From positions 1 through 56,665 of the forward strand of contig JAERMM010000006.1 of the NCBI GenBank assembly GCA_016844585.1: a DNA stretch of 56,665 nt, read 5' to 3'. This DNA is from Chloroflexota bacterium (GTDB lineage: Bacteria; Chloroflexota; UBA6077; SHYK01). Below, one piece after another: positions 36,181 to 46,340 of this stretch (position 1 is its first letter; each line of letters starts with the position of its first letter). The notes beneath the pieces were generated by a model. That model was given only the letters and a program-made list of their open reading frames with translations, did not search any database and was not told where the DNA came from. Position numbers and translations under genes: made by a program.

Positions 36181-36612
36181 ATGTTCCTGGGCGAGTTCGA
36201 GTACGCGATCGATGACCGAGGACGCATCGCGATACCCGCGAAGTTTCGTCCCGCCCTCATTGAAGGGCTCGTCGTCACACGCGGACTCGACCGGTGTCTG
36301 TCCATCTGGCCGATGAGCGCCTGGAGAGATATCGCGGAGCGATTCAACCAGCTTCCCCTCATGAACGCCGATGCACGCCGCCTGCACCGACTGATTTTCT
36401 CCGGGGCGACCGATGCCGAACCGGACCGTTTGGGGCGCATCTTGATACCCAGCTTCCTTCGCACCTATGCAGAGCTGAGCGACACGGTAGTGTTCGTCGG
36501 TTTGCATGATCGCATCGAGGTATGGGGTCGCGCCAACTGGGAGACAGAGCGCGCCGCCGCGGAGTCGCAAAGCGCGGAGCTGGCAGAGCACCTCTTCAAC
36601 CTGGGAGTCTGA
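36181..36612 (+). CDS. mraZ: Transcriptional regulator MraZ
   Basis: MFLGEFEYAIDDRGRIAIPAKFR and a second ...DRLGRILIPSFLR repeat. Confidence 0.95.
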   Translation: MFLGEFEYAIDDRGRIAIPAKFRPALIEGLVVTRGLDRCLSIWPMSAWRDIAERFNQLPLMNADARRLHRLIFSGATDAEPDRLGRILIPSFLRTYAELSDTVVFVGLHDRIEVWGRANWETERAAAESQSAELAEHLFNLGV

Positions 36613-36618
36613 TGCGAG

Positions 36619-37554
36619 ATGTCCGAAAGCCATCACGTGCCCGTACTCATGTCCGAGTGTCTGACGCTGTTAGAACCGAAGCCGGGCGGCCGTTTCATCG
36701 ACTGCACGGTCAACGGGGGCGGTCACAGCGCCGCGCTTCTGGAGCGCACCGCGCCGGATGGTCCGCTCCTCGGGCTCGACGCGGATCCTAATGCGATGCC
36801 CGCCGCCACGTCGCGATTGAACCCATACGGGACCCGCGTGACGCTCATTCAGACGAACTTTCGATTTGTCGGCCGTGTGGCCCGGAGTGAAGGCTTCGGC
36901 TCCGTTGATGGAGTGCTTCTCGACCTAGGGCTGTCCTCCAACCAGCTAGACACGCCTGGCCGAGGCTTCTCCTTCAACAGAGATGAGCCCTTGGACATGC
37001 GCTTTGACCCATCGAGCGGAATCAGCGCCGCCCAGTATGTGGCCGCCGCATCCCGCGAGGACATTGAGCACACGCTCCGCACTCTTGGCGAGGAGCCGCG
37101 GGCGCGACGCATTGCCGCGAATATCGTAGAGGCACGGCAGGATTCGCCCATCGCGACAACCGGTCAACTTGCTCGCCTTGTGTCCCGCGCTGTCGGCGGG
37201 CGCCACGGCCGAATTCATCCCGCCACTCGCGTATTCCAGGCGTTGCGAATGGCCGTAAACGACGAGCTCGGCGCCCTAGCGGAGGCGCTTCCTCAGGCCC
37301 TGACGCTGCTGCGTCACGGCGGTCGCCTGGCTGTCATCTCATTCCATTCGCTCGAGGACCGGCTGGTCAAGACGTTCCTTCGGCACATGGCAGGAGTCGT
37401 GGAGCCAGCACCGCGAGGCATTCCGATCATACCAGTCGCTCCAGTGACAGAGATGCGCATTCTGACGCGACGGCCAGTGGGAGCCGCGGCGGATGAGGTA
37501 GCCGCCAACCCACGCAGCCGCAGCGCACGCCTGCGTGTTGCTGAGCGACTCTGA
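36619..37554 (+). CDS. rsmH: 16S rRNA (cytosine1402-N4)-methyltransferase
   Basis: HVPVLMSECL, DCTVNGGGHS, DLGLSSNQLD and ISFHSLEDRLVK. Confidence 0.95.
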   Translation: MSESHHVPVLMSECLTLLEPKPGGRFIDCTVNGGGHSAALLERTAPDGPLLGLDADPNAMPAATSRLNPYGTRVTLIQTNFRFVGRVARSEGFGSVDGVLLDLGLSSNQLDTPGRGFSFNRDEPLDMRFDPSSGISAAQYVAAASREDIEHTLRTLGEEPRARRIAANIVEARQDSPIATTGQLARLVSRAVGGRHGRIHPATRVFQALRMAVNDELGALAEALPQALTLLRHGGRLAVISFHSLEDRLVKTFLRHMAGVVEPAPRGIPIIPVAPVTEMRILTRRPVGAAADEVAANPRSRSARLRVAERL

Positions 37555-38132
37555 TGGCCAGACTTGCCATCCCAACCACCCGCTACGGGCCGGCTCCCGT
37601 CCCCTCGCGCATGTGGCGCCCAGACGTATCTCGGCTTCCCAGTCTCGCGCTGAGCTGGATCGCCACTGCCGTGCTGTTCGTCGCAGCGGCCGTTGGACTG
37701 TATCTGATACAGGTTAGCTCGCTTGCTACGGGCGGCTACGAGCTGCAACGGCTGCAATCGGAGCGCGACGGATGGGTCGCGCGCAATCAGCAGATGGAGT
37801 TCGAGCTGGCGAAGCGCCGTTCGCTTCCCTGGGTCGAAGCCGAAGCTGCCCAACGCCTCGGCATGGCAAGGTCCGATCAGCCGTCCTACATCAATGTCCA
37901 GGCGCCGCAGGTCGGCGCCGAGCGTCAGGCGGCTCTGCCCTGCCGCCGTGATCTCGGGAGTTCCTGCAGTCTGACCGGACGAGCGGTTTCGTCGGCCTCG
38001 GCCCGCGCGGCTTCGACGGAAGCGCCGACCGGTACGTCCTTTGGAGCGCCGAGCAAGCCTCAGCTGCCCGGCAACCCGACGAGCATCCTGGCGGCCCTCC
38101 GTGACTGGGTCAGCCTTCTGACTGTGCGCTAA
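37554..38132 (+). CDS. FtsL-like cell division protein
   Basis: Position between rsmH and ftsI. Single TM helix LSWIATAVLFVAAAVGLYLIQV followed by a coiled-coil-like segment. Low-complexity C-terminus. Confidence 0.6.
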   Translation: MARLAIPTTRYGPAPVPSRMWRPDVSRLPSLALSWIATAVLFVAAAVGLYLIQVSSLATGGYELQRLQSERDGWVARNQQMEFELAKRRSLPWVEAEAAQRLGMARSDQPSYINVQAPQVGAERQAALPCRRDLGSSCSLTGRAVSSASARAASTEAPTGTSFGAPSKPQLPGNPTSILAALRDWVSLLTVR

Positions 38133-38134
38133 CA

Positions 38135-39841
38135 ATGTGGACGACTGCTGACGCCGATCAGGCACAGCGCTGGCGCCTGATGGTTGTTGGACTTTCTGTC
38201 ACAGCCTTTGCGGGGCTGGTCGCGCAAAATCTGCATTGGTACCAGGTCACGGACCACGAGAACCTGGTCTCGATGGCTACCGCGGAGCACCAGCAGCGCC
38301 TTCCGCTCCCGGCAAAGCGCGGTGGAATCTACGACACGAACGGAAACCCTCTCGCCGTGAACGTCATGTACGACGATGTCTGGGTCTACCGGCCCGAGGT
38401 GCGAGACCCGCAGAAGACCGCCACGAAGCTAGCCGAGGTACTGGACATCCCGGTGCCTGACGTCTCGGCAAAGATCCGGGCAGCCACGGACGATCGGCTC
38501 ATGTTGGCTTCCAGGATCTCGTCTAACGCGGCGAGGCTCATCGAGTCCGCCAACCTGGGAGGTGTCGAGCTTCGGCGGCGGCCAGCGCGCGAATACCCGG
38601 AGGGGAGCCTGGCTCCGCAGGTGCTCGGCTTCGTCGGGGTCGAGGACCATGGCCTGAGCGGGCTCGAACTGACGCTGGATGACGATCTCGGAGGCCGACC
38701 GGGCCTCATGATCACCGAGCGCGATACCGTGGGAGGCGAGATCGCGATAGGGCGGAAGGCTGTCGTGCCGTCCATTGACGGGTCCGACGTAGTCCTCACG
38801 ATCGACCGCTACGTTCAGAGACTGGTCGAGCGTGAGCTGGCGGCCGGGATCGCGGCCAACAAGGGCATCGGCGGAGTGGCTATTGTCATGGAGCCGTCAA
38901 CAGGGTCGATCCTCGCGATGGCATCGCTTCCTACGTACAGCCTGACTGCGGACGCCGGGTTCGACTCCTCGCACCAGCAGCTCTATAAGCCCGTCGCCGT
39001 TACTGACACGTACGAGCCGGGATCTGTAATGAAACTCATCACCATGTCCGCGGCGATCGACGAGCATGTCGTAACGCCGGACACTCCGTACGTCGACACC
39101 GGCGTCAGTATGGTAAACGGCATTCCCATCCGGAACTGGGATGGCGGAGCCCATGGCAACGTGACGGTTCGCGAGATCCTGGTGCGTTCCCTAAACACTG
39201 GAACCTCGTGGGTCGCCGGTCAGTTGGGCCCTGATCGCTTCTACCGCTACGTGGAGGCATTCGGGTTTGGCAAGACCACCGGGGTTCGACTCAACGGGGA
39301 GGCGGCCGGGGCCTTCCGTCGTCCAAACGAGGCCGGCTGGTCTGCTACCGACCTTGCGACAAATGCCTTTGGCCAATCGATCGCGGTCACCCCTGTGCAA
39401 CTGATGACCGCCATCTCCGCGATCGGAAACAACGGGATCCTCATGCAGCCGCGCCTGGTCCGCCAGCTCCGCGGTCCCGATGGAACGGTTGACGTGCCGC
39501 CCCGCCCCGTGCGCCCTGTCGTATCATCCGTAACAGCGGACACGGTCCTTGACATGATGGTTTCAACGTGGAATCAACCGGCTCTGCAGCAGGTCCACAT
39601 CGACGGGTACAAGATTGCGGCGAAGAGTGGCACCGCTGACATACCTGGCCCTGGTGGGTATAGCTCTGGCAAGACGTACGCCTCGTTCGTCGGATTTTCC
39701 CCTCTTCCCAACCCACGATTCGCGGTCATGGTGCGGATCGATCACCCTGAGAGCATCTACGGTGGCGTCGCGGCGGCCCCCGTCTTCAGCAACATCACTC
39801 GCCAGTTGCTCAACTACTATCGGATTGCGCCATCAAAATGA
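38135..39841 (+). CDS. ftsI: Penicillin-binding protein (class B transpeptidase, FtsI type)
   Basis: SVMK (SxxK), SLN (SxN) and KSGTA (KTG-type). dcw position. Confidence 0.9.
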   Translation: MWTTADADQAQRWRLMVVGLSVTAFAGLVAQNLHWYQVTDHENLVSMATAEHQQRLPLPAKRGGIYDTNGNPLAVNVMYDDVWVYRPEVRDPQKTATKLAEVLDIPVPDVSAKIRAATDDRLMLASRISSNAARLIESANLGGVELRRRPAREYPEGSLAPQVLGFVGVEDHGLSGLELTLDDDLGGRPGLMITERDTVGGEIAIGRKAVVPSIDGSDVVLTIDRYVQRLVERELAAGIAANKGIGGVAIVMEPSTGSILAMASLPTYSLTADAGFDSSHQQLYKPVAVTDTYEPGSVMKLITMSAAIDEHVVTPDTPYVDTGVSMVNGIPIRNWDGGAHGNVTVREILVRSLNTGTSWVAGQLGPDRFYRYVEAFGFGKTTGVRLNGEAAGAFRRPNEAGWSATDLATNAFGQSIAVTPVQLMTAISAIGNNGILMQPRLVRQLRGPDGTVDVPPRPVRPVVSSVTADTVLDMMVSTWNQPALQQVHIDGYKIAAKSGTADIPGPGGYSSGKTYASFVGFSPLPNPRFAVMVRIDHPESIYGGVAAAPVFSNITRQLLNYYRIAPSK

Positions 39842-39853
39842 GCGAGGGCTCTG

Positions 39854-41236
39854 ATGTTCGCGTTGAGCGACGTTCTGGCAGGCACGAACGGACGTCTGGT
39901 GACCGGCGCCGAAATGGGTGCCTTCCGTTCGGTGTCCATCGATTCGCGGACGGCATCACGTGCGTCGCTCTTCTTCGCCTTTCACGGCCAGAAGCACAAC
40001 GGACACGACTTTGTCATGCAAGCATTTGGACGGGGCGCCTCGGGTGCGATCGTCGAGACGCTTCCGCCCCAGGCGCCCTGGGCGGCGCCCGAGTGGAGTG
40101 GCCCACCCGTCATTCTGACTGCCAGTTCGGGCCAGGCTCTGCAGGATCTTGCCACCTACTGGCGCCAGCGACATGGCATCCGCGTCGTTGGCGTGACGGG
40201 AAGTGTCGGCAAGACCACGACGAAAGAACTGATCGCCAGCACGCTTGCGCGCCGGTATTCCGTACTGCGTACGACATCGAACCTGAATACGGAGATCGGC
40301 CTGCCTTTGACGCTCATGGAGCTGGGGCCGGAGCATCAGGTGGCTGTGCTTGAAATGGCAATGTACGACGTCGGCGAGATCAGGCGACTGGCAGCCATCG
40401 CTCGGCCCGAGGTCGGCGTGGTGACCAACGTTGGCTACAGCCACCTGGAGCGGCTGGGAACGATCGAACGGATCTCCGAAGCCAAGAGTGAGCTGGTGCG
40501 TGAGCTGCCTGCATCCGGACTGGCCGTCCTCAACGCAGATGACCCGCGTGTGAGCGCGATGGCCGAGATGACAACCGCGCGTGTGGTTCGATACGGCGTT
40601 CAAGAAGGAGCGGACTTCTGGGCGGACGAGATCGAGAGCCATGGGCTGCGCGGCATCGAGTTCACGGTGCACTACGAGAATCACCGGCTACGCGCAAAGC
40701 TCGCCTTGCTCGGGACGCACTCGGTTCACGCCGCGCTAGCCGCCATCGCGGTTGCGACAAACATGGGAATGGAATTCGACGACGCGATGGCCGCGCTGCA
40801 CACAGATGAGCGCGGCGTCCGTCTGCTTGTTGAGGACGGCATACAGGGCACGACGATTCTGGATGACACGTACAACGCGAATCCCGCATCGACGCTGGCG
40901 GCGCTCAATTTGCTGGCCGAAATGGACGGGCGCAGAGTAGCCGTACTGGGTGACATGCTCGAACTGGGAAGCTTTGAGGCGGAAGGGCACCAGCTCGTCG
41001 GGAGGCGCGCCGCGGCGGTCGCCGATTGGGTACTGGCCGTGGGTTCAAGAGCGCGAATCATCGCCGATGAAGCGCGACTCATGAAGCTCCGCGCAACGAC
41101 GGTTGAGACGTTCGACAACAACGAGGAGGTCATCGAGCGTCTGCGACAGGGACTACGCCCCGGAGACTTTGTTCTCATGAAGGGATCGAGGGGCATGCGG
41201 CTCGATGAAGTGGTTTCGGCGATCCGCGTCGGATAG
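39854..41236 (+). CDS. murF: UDP-N-acetylmuramoyl-tripeptide--D-alanyl-D-alanine ligase
   Basis: SIDSRTASRASLFFAF.G...GHDF, VTGSVGKTTTKE and DDTYNANPAS (MurF rather than MurE signatures). Confidence 0.9.
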   Translation: MFALSDVLAGTNGRLVTGAEMGAFRSVSIDSRTASRASLFFAFHGQKHNGHDFVMQAFGRGASGAIVETLPPQAPWAAPEWSGPPVILTASSGQALQDLATYWRQRHGIRVVGVTGSVGKTTTKELIASTLARRYSVLRTTSNLNTEIGLPLTLMELGPEHQVAVLEMAMYDVGEIRRLAAIARPEVGVVTNVGYSHLERLGTIERISEAKSELVRELPASGLAVLNADDPRVSAMAEMTTARVVRYGVQEGADFWADEIESHGLRGIEFTVHYENHRLRAKLALLGTHSVHAALAAIAVATNMGMEFDDAMAALHTDERGVRLLVEDGIQGTTILDDTYNANPASTLAALNLLAEMDGRRVAVLGDMLELGSFEAEGHQLVGRRAAAVADWVLAVGSRARIIADEARLMKLRATTVETFDNNEEVIERLRQGLRPGDFVLMKGSRGMRLDEVVSAIRVG

Positions 41237-41312
41237 CAAAGCGGTCAGACGTGTGGAGCCCATCCTCACCCTTCCCCCCGTAGGGTCAGGGAGGACACAC
41301 TGAGGAGGTCGA

Positions 41313-42275
41313 TTGTCCTACGCCCTCGTGGTTGGCGGCGCAACCTTCATCCTTGCGTTCGCCGCTGGATTTCCGCTCCTTGCCGCGTTGCGACGGCTGA
41401 GCATCGGAAAGCAAATCCGTCTCGAGGGACCCACGACACACGTCGCCAAGATGGGCACTCCTACCATGGGGGGTATTCTGGTCTGGGCATCGGTGTTTGT
41501 GTCAACCGCGCTGTTCAATGTTTTGAACAACCCGTCGATCATCGTGCCGCTCTCCGTCACAGCCGCCACGGGACTCTTGGGCACCATCGACGACGCCCTC
41601 GGAATGGTGGGAACGACTGCAGACGGGATGACCGTCCGAATGAAGTTCGCGGGACTGACCGCAATCGCAGCGGCCGGCGCGGTCGCACTCTATGGGCCAT
41701 TGGGGATTGACTACCTGTACGTACCAACCATTGCGGATAAGTGGCACATTCATCCGGCGATCTACCTGCCCCTGGCGGCGCTGGCGATTGTCTCCACGGC
41801 AAACGCCGTTAACCTTACGGACGGCTTGGACAGCTTGGCCGGCGTATGCGCCGCGGTCGCCTTCACCTGCTACGGAATCATTGCCCATCTGCAGGGCCAG
41901 GGGCCCCTGGTGACATTTTGTTTCACAATCGTGGGCGCGCTACTCGCGTTCTTGTGGTTCAACGCCTACCCGGCCGAGTTGTTCATGGGGGATGCTGGAG
42001 CTCTCTCTCTCGGAGCAGCTCTCGCGGTTGTCGCTTTGATGACCGGTCACCTGCTTCTCCTGCCATTCATCGGGGCGGTTTTCGTCGCGGAGGCTGCATC
42101 CGTAATTCTGCAGGTAGGCTACTTCAAGCTGACTCGCGGGAAGCGACTATTCCTCATGTCACCGCTGCACCATCATTTCGAGATGCTCGGTTGGTCTGAG
42201 ACACACGTGTCGCAGCGCTTCTGGCTGGTGAGCATGCTGTCCGGCATGGTGGGGATCTCACTTGCGCTCACCTAG
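41313..42275 (+). CDS. mraY: Phospho-N-acetylmuramoyl-pentapeptide transferase
   Basis: GTPTMGG, NAVNLTDGLDSLA, MGDAGALSLG and SPLHHHFE. Confidence 0.95.
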   Translation: MSYALVVGGATFILAFAAGFPLLAALRRLSIGKQIRLEGPTTHVAKMGTPTMGGILVWASVFVSTALFNVLNNPSIIVPLSVTAATGLLGTIDDALGMVGTTADGMTVRMKFAGLTAIAAAGAVALYGPLGIDYLYVPTIADKWHIHPAIYLPLAALAIVSTANAVNLTDGLDSLAGVCAAVAFTCYGIIAHLQGQGPLVTFCFTIVGALLAFLWFNAYPAELFMGDAGALSLGAALAVVALMTGHLLLLPFIGAVFVAEAASVILQVGYFKLTRGKRLFLMSPLHHHFEMLGWSETHVSQRFWLVSMLSGMVGISLALT

Positions 42276-43680
42276 CTACCTCATCCCGCACCTTTCTGAA
42301 ATCGGTCGACGAAGACTCGACCTGCTGCGCTCCGTCCGGGTTGGCGTGGTGGGACTCGGGCGTGAGGGCGTCGACCTGGCTCGATTTCTTCATAGCGCCG
42401 GCGCGGACGTGGTGGTGAGCGACCGTGCAGACGCGGGGCTGCTTCGAAGCCAGATCGACGCCCTGCGCGACGTGCCCATCACCTACCGAATTGGCACGGA
42501 GCGTGAAACTGACCTACTGGACTGCGACGAGCTGTTCATTAGCCCGGGCGTGTCTCGAGATGCGCCGCTCGTTCTAGCTGCGGTCGCCGCGCGGATTTCG
42601 GTGACAAGTGCCACCCGATTATTCTTCGAGCTTTGCCCGGGACCGATTGCGGGCATCACCGGCAGCAGCGGTAAGACCACAACTACCTCGATGGTCGGAT
42701 CGATCCTCAAAGCGTCGAATACGCCCAGCATCGTCGGGGGCAACATTGGTATGCCCATGCTTGGGCGATTGGTCGAGTTGACCCCGGACACGTGGACCGT
42801 ACTGGAGCTCAGTAGCTTCCAGTTGGACGATATGACCACGTCGCCGAGCGTTGGCGCCGTTCTCAACGTCACCCCGAATCACCTGGATCGCCATCCAGAC
42901 ATGGCCGACTATGTCCGGGCTAAGGGAAACATCGTGCTCCACCAGGGCCGCCAGGACGTGGCGGTGCTGAACGCGGACGACTCCATCGCATCGTCGCTGC
43001 CCCATAGGAGCCGAACCATCGAGTTCAGCGTCGAGAAACCGGTCACCGGGGCGTGGCTCGATGGTGAGCACCTTATGCTGTCCCTGGACGGCGAGCGTCC
43101 AACGCGCCTGTTCGCACGTGGCGAGCTAAGGCTCCGTGGAATGCATAACGTCGCCAACGCTATGGCAGCGGCCGCTGTCGCATCGGTCATTGGCAGCGAT
43201 TCCACGACCATCGCCAACGCGTTGCGCGCGTTCCGTCCGGTTCCGCATCGGCTGGAGGTAGTCGCTACCGTAGACGGAGTGACGTTCATAAACGACTCCA
43301 TCGCAACATCGCCTGAGCGCTCCATGGCCGCCTTGCGTTCAATAGACGAGCCGATCGTACTGATCGCCGGAGGACGAGACAAGCATCTGCCAATGGACGA
43401 CTGGGCGAACCTGATTGGCAAGCATGCGCGCGTCGTTGTGTTAATAGGTGAGGCCGCTCCGCTCATCCGAGAAGCGCTGCGTTCGACGGCCCCGGGCACG
43501 CCGCTGGTGGAGGCGAAAAGCCTGGACGAAGCCGTCTCGCTTGGCTCGGACTTCGCAGCGCCTGGCGATGTGGTTTTGCTCTCACCCGGCTGCACCAGCT
43601 TCGACACGTTTCGAGACTTCGAAGCACGCGGCGAAGCATTCCGCAATGCGGTAGCGATGGTCCGGCGGAGAACCCTCTAA
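42262..43680 (+). CDS. murD: UDP-N-acetylmuramoylalanine--D-glutamate ligase
   Basis: VGVVGLGREG, GITGSSGKTTT and NDSIATSPE. Start may be downstream of TTG 42262. Confidence 0.9.
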   Translation: MRSPSYLIPHLSEIGRRRLDLLRSVRVGVVGLGREGVDLARFLHSAGADVVVSDRADAGLLRSQIDALRDVPITYRIGTERETDLLDCDELFISPGVSRDAPLVLAAVAARISVTSATRLFFELCPGPIAGITGSSGKTTTTSMVGSILKASNTPSIVGGNIGMPMLGRLVELTPDTWTVLELSSFQLDDMTTSPSVGAVLNVTPNHLDRHPDMADYVRAKGNIVLHQGRQDVAVLNADDSIASSLPHRSRTIEFSVEKPVTGAWLDGEHLMLSLDGERPTRLFARGELRLRGMHNVANAMAAAAVASVIGSDSTTIANALRAFRPVPHRLEVVATVDGVTFINDSIATSPERSMAALRSIDEPIVLIAGGRDKHLPMDDWANLIGKHARVVVLIGEAAPLIREALRSTAPGTPLVEAKSLDEAVSLGSDFAAPGDVVLLSPGCTSFDTFRDFEARGEAFRNAVAMVRRRTL

Positions 43681-44993
43681 TGGTTGTGGCACGCGGTCGA
43701 ATCGACACCATCCTCCTACTACCTGTCGTTGTACTGCTCGCCATCGGAGCCGGCATGGTATTCAGTGCCAGCTTCGTAGTCGCGCACAATGAATTTGGCG
43801 ACGACACCTATTTCCTGGTTCGCCACCTCCTTTGGATTACCATCGGCATGGGCGTCCTGGTCGTTGTGAGTCACATGGACTACCACCGCTGGCAACGACT
43901 TGCCGTCCCCTTTTATGCGGTCAGTCTGGCGCTCCTTTTGCTGGTACTCATTCCCGGGATCGGCTCATCCGCATACGGTGCGAGCCGATGGTTTACAGTC
44001 GGATCCATTCTGTCAATTCAGCCGAGCGAGATCGCCAAACTTGCCGTCGTTGTCTATCTCGGCGCCTGGGTCACCCGGGTCGGCACAGACATCAACAAGT
44101 TCACCTTCGGCACGGTCCCGTTCGCCATCATCCTGGGGCTGTCGGCGGGACTGGTTCTGGTCGAGCCCGACCTCGGAACCACTGTTGTCCTTGTGTTAAC
44201 GGCCGGGTCTGTCTTCTTTATCTCAGGCGCCAACGTCTTGCACGCGCTTGTCGGGCTGATGGTGATCGCCGTCGCTGGCGTAAAGGTCATCGCCTCGTCA
44301 GCCTATAAGTCGGATCGAATCGATGCGTTCGTGAACCCCTGGGCCGACCCGAACGGCGTCGGTTGGCATACCACTCAATCACTACTCGCCCTTGGCTCCG
44401 GCGGGCTGACTGGTCTTGGCCTCGGCGCCAGCCGCCAAAAGTACTACTACGTGCCGAACGCGCACACGGACAGCATCTTTGCAATCGTGGGTGAGGAGAT
44501 AGGGTTCCTCGGTACGACACTCGTTCTCGTCCTTTTCCTGATCATCGTCTGGCGCGGCCTCACCATCGCTGGGGCATCACGAGATCCGCTGGGGCGAGCC
44601 TTGGCCGCTGGGGCCACGCTTATGCTGGCCTGGCAGGCGATGCTGAATATGGCCGTTGTAAGCCATGTCGTACCAAACACAGGCGTGCCTCTGCCCTTCG
44701 TGAGCTATGGAGGCAATGCGATGGTTGTCAGTATGGCCGCCGTCGGAATCATTCTCAGCGTCGGAAGGTCTCTCAGTCCCTCAGTTCTCTCCTGGCGGTC
44801 GTGGCTTCCTCAGTTAGGCCGGATTGGGTCGAGAGCCGATCGCGCGACTCCGACGACTTCGGCTCGGCCAGCACGGGACACTCGTCCCACGGCGAGAGGC
44901 CGCACCGTTCCCGTGACCGGCCGCGCAGCCCTGGCTCAAGTTCGAGGCTCCGTCCGTCCGCGTACGCGCAGGCGCCCGTTGCCGAGCCGCTGA
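43680..44993 (+). CDS. ftsW: SEDS-family peptidoglycan polymerase FtsW with Arg/Pro-rich C-terminal tail
   Basis: IQPSEIAKLAVVVYLG, HTDSIFAIVGEEIGFLG and PFVSYGGNAM. About 75-aa basic low-complexity tail. Confidence 0.9.
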   Translation: MVVARGRIDTILLLPVVVLLAIGAGMVFSASFVVAHNEFGDDTYFLVRHLLWITIGMGVLVVVSHMDYHRWQRLAVPFYAVSLALLLLVLIPGIGSSAYGASRWFTVGSILSIQPSEIAKLAVVVYLGAWVTRVGTDINKFTFGTVPFAIILGLSAGLVLVEPDLGTTVVLVLTAGSVFFISGANVLHALVGLMVIAVAGVKVIASSAYKSDRIDAFVNPWADPNGVGWHTTQSLLALGSGGLTGLGLGASRQKYYYVPNAHTDSIFAIVGEEIGFLGTTLVLVLFLIIVWRGLTIAGASRDPLGRALAAGATLMLAWQAMLNMAVVSHVVPNTGVPLPFVSYGGNAMVVSMAAVGIILSVGRSLSPSVLSWRSWLPQLGRIGSRADRATPTTSARPARDTRPTARGRTVPVTGRAALAQVRGSVRPRTRRRPLPSR

Positions 44994-44996
44994 TCG

Positions 44997-46340
44997 ATGG
45001 GGCTCGAAGAAGCGGTCGTCCGCCCTCCGGAAATAGACGGAGTTCGAAGCGCGCACCTGATAGGCATTTGCGGCACTGCTATGACCCCGCTTGCAACCAT
45101 CCTGCTGCAGATGGGGGTCGGCCACCGCGCCGAACACGTGGGAGACGTAGCAGTGGTGATCGCGTCCTCGGCGATCAGACAGGACAATCCTGAGATCGTG
45201 GCAGCTCTCGCACAAGGAATCCCGGTGATCAAGCACTCCGCGGCGCTCGGGAGCCTGATGAGGCCACGCCGTGGCGTAGCGATTGCCGGCACCCACGGAA
45301 AGACAACCACCTCAGCGCTTGCCAGCTTTGTCCTCGCCAACGCCGGCATCGATATCTCTTTCCACGTTGGTTCTGAGATCCTCAATTACGGCGTGTTTGG
45401 ACGCTACGGGCGCAGCGAGCTGCTGGTCGCCGAGGCAGACGAGTACGACCGCCGGTTCCTGGACTACGAGCCGGAGATCGCCATCGTCACCGGCGTGGAG
45501 CCAGATCATCTCGACTACTTTGGTTCGTTCCATGAGGTAGTCGGCGCGTTCCGGGCGTTCCTCGGACAGGTGCGGCCTAACGGCCTGTCGGTCATCTGTC
45601 AGGATGATCCGGTCGCCCGAATCCTGCCCACGACCGCTGGCCTCCGAATGACCTATGGATTCAGCGAAGACGCCGATTGGCAGATCTCGAGCTGGTCGCC
45701 ATCGGGCGTCTCACCGGGAAGCAGGTTTGAACTGCGAGGCCCTGATGGTGCTGTTCACGAACTGGAGATCGGCCTCGTTGGCCGCCACAACGTGCTCAAC
45801 GCGGCCGGAGTGGTCGCGGTTTGCACTCACCTGGGGCTATCCATGGACCAGATCGCCCGTGGGCTGCGTGAATTTCGCGGCACGCGTCGGCGGTTCGAAC
45901 TCATAGGAGTGCATGACGGTGTGACGGTCGTCGATGACTACGCGCACCATCCTACCGCGATTCGCGTGACCCTGGAGGGTGCGCGTGCGCATTTCCCGGG
46001 CGGCATCTGGTGCATCTTCCAGCCGCACACGGCCCATCGGACCGAGAGCCTGTTCGATGACTTCTGCACCGCGTTCGCCGAAGCCGACCATGTCATCCTC
46101 ACGCCGACCTATCGGCCAGCCGGTCGCGAGGATAGAACTGACGATCCTTCGGTAAAAAGGCTAGCGGAGGCGATGCGTCACCCTGATGCGCGTCTGATGG
46201 CGCCAGACGAGGCGATGAAAACGATCCTGTGCGAAGCCCGGTACGGCGACCTCGTCCTAGTGGCGGGCGCAGGGGACATCACGAGCATAGCTCCTCGAAT
46301 AGTCTCGGCTCTGCGCCAGGGGCGCCCCCATGAGAGTTAA
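44997..46340 (+). CDS. murC: UDP-N-acetylmuramate--L-alanine ligase (N-terminal domain shortened)
   Basis: IGICGTAMTPLA, AGTHGKTTTSAL, EADEYDRRF and DDYAHHPTAI. See the finding on the missing segment. Confidence 0.85.
   Translation: MGLEEAVVRPPEIDGVRSAHLIGICGTAMTPLATILLQMGVGHRAEHVGDVAVVIASSAIRQDNPEIVAALAQGIPVIKHSAALGSLMRPRRGVAIAGTHGKTTTSALASFVLANAGIDISFHVGSEILNYGVFGRYGRSELLVAEADEYDRRFLDYEPEIAIVTGVEPDHLDYFGSFHEVVGAFRAFLGQVRPNGLSVICQDDPVARILPTTAGLRMTYGFSEDADWQISSWSPSGVSPGSRFELRGPDGAVHELEIGLVGRHNVLNAAGVVAVCTHLGLSMDQIARGLREFRGTRRRFELIGVHDGVTVVDDYAHHPTAIRVTLEGARAHFPGGIWCIFQPHTAHRTESLFDDFCTAFAEADHVILTPTYRPAGREDRTDDPSVKRLAEAMRHPDARLMAPDEAMKTILCEARYGDLVLVAGAGDITSIAPRIVSALRQGRPHES

Noticed and set aside
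44770-44996. A frameshifted murG remnant hidden in the FtsW tail region.
   Set aside because: All three forward frames were translated. None shows a GGTGGH-type or other MurG motif.
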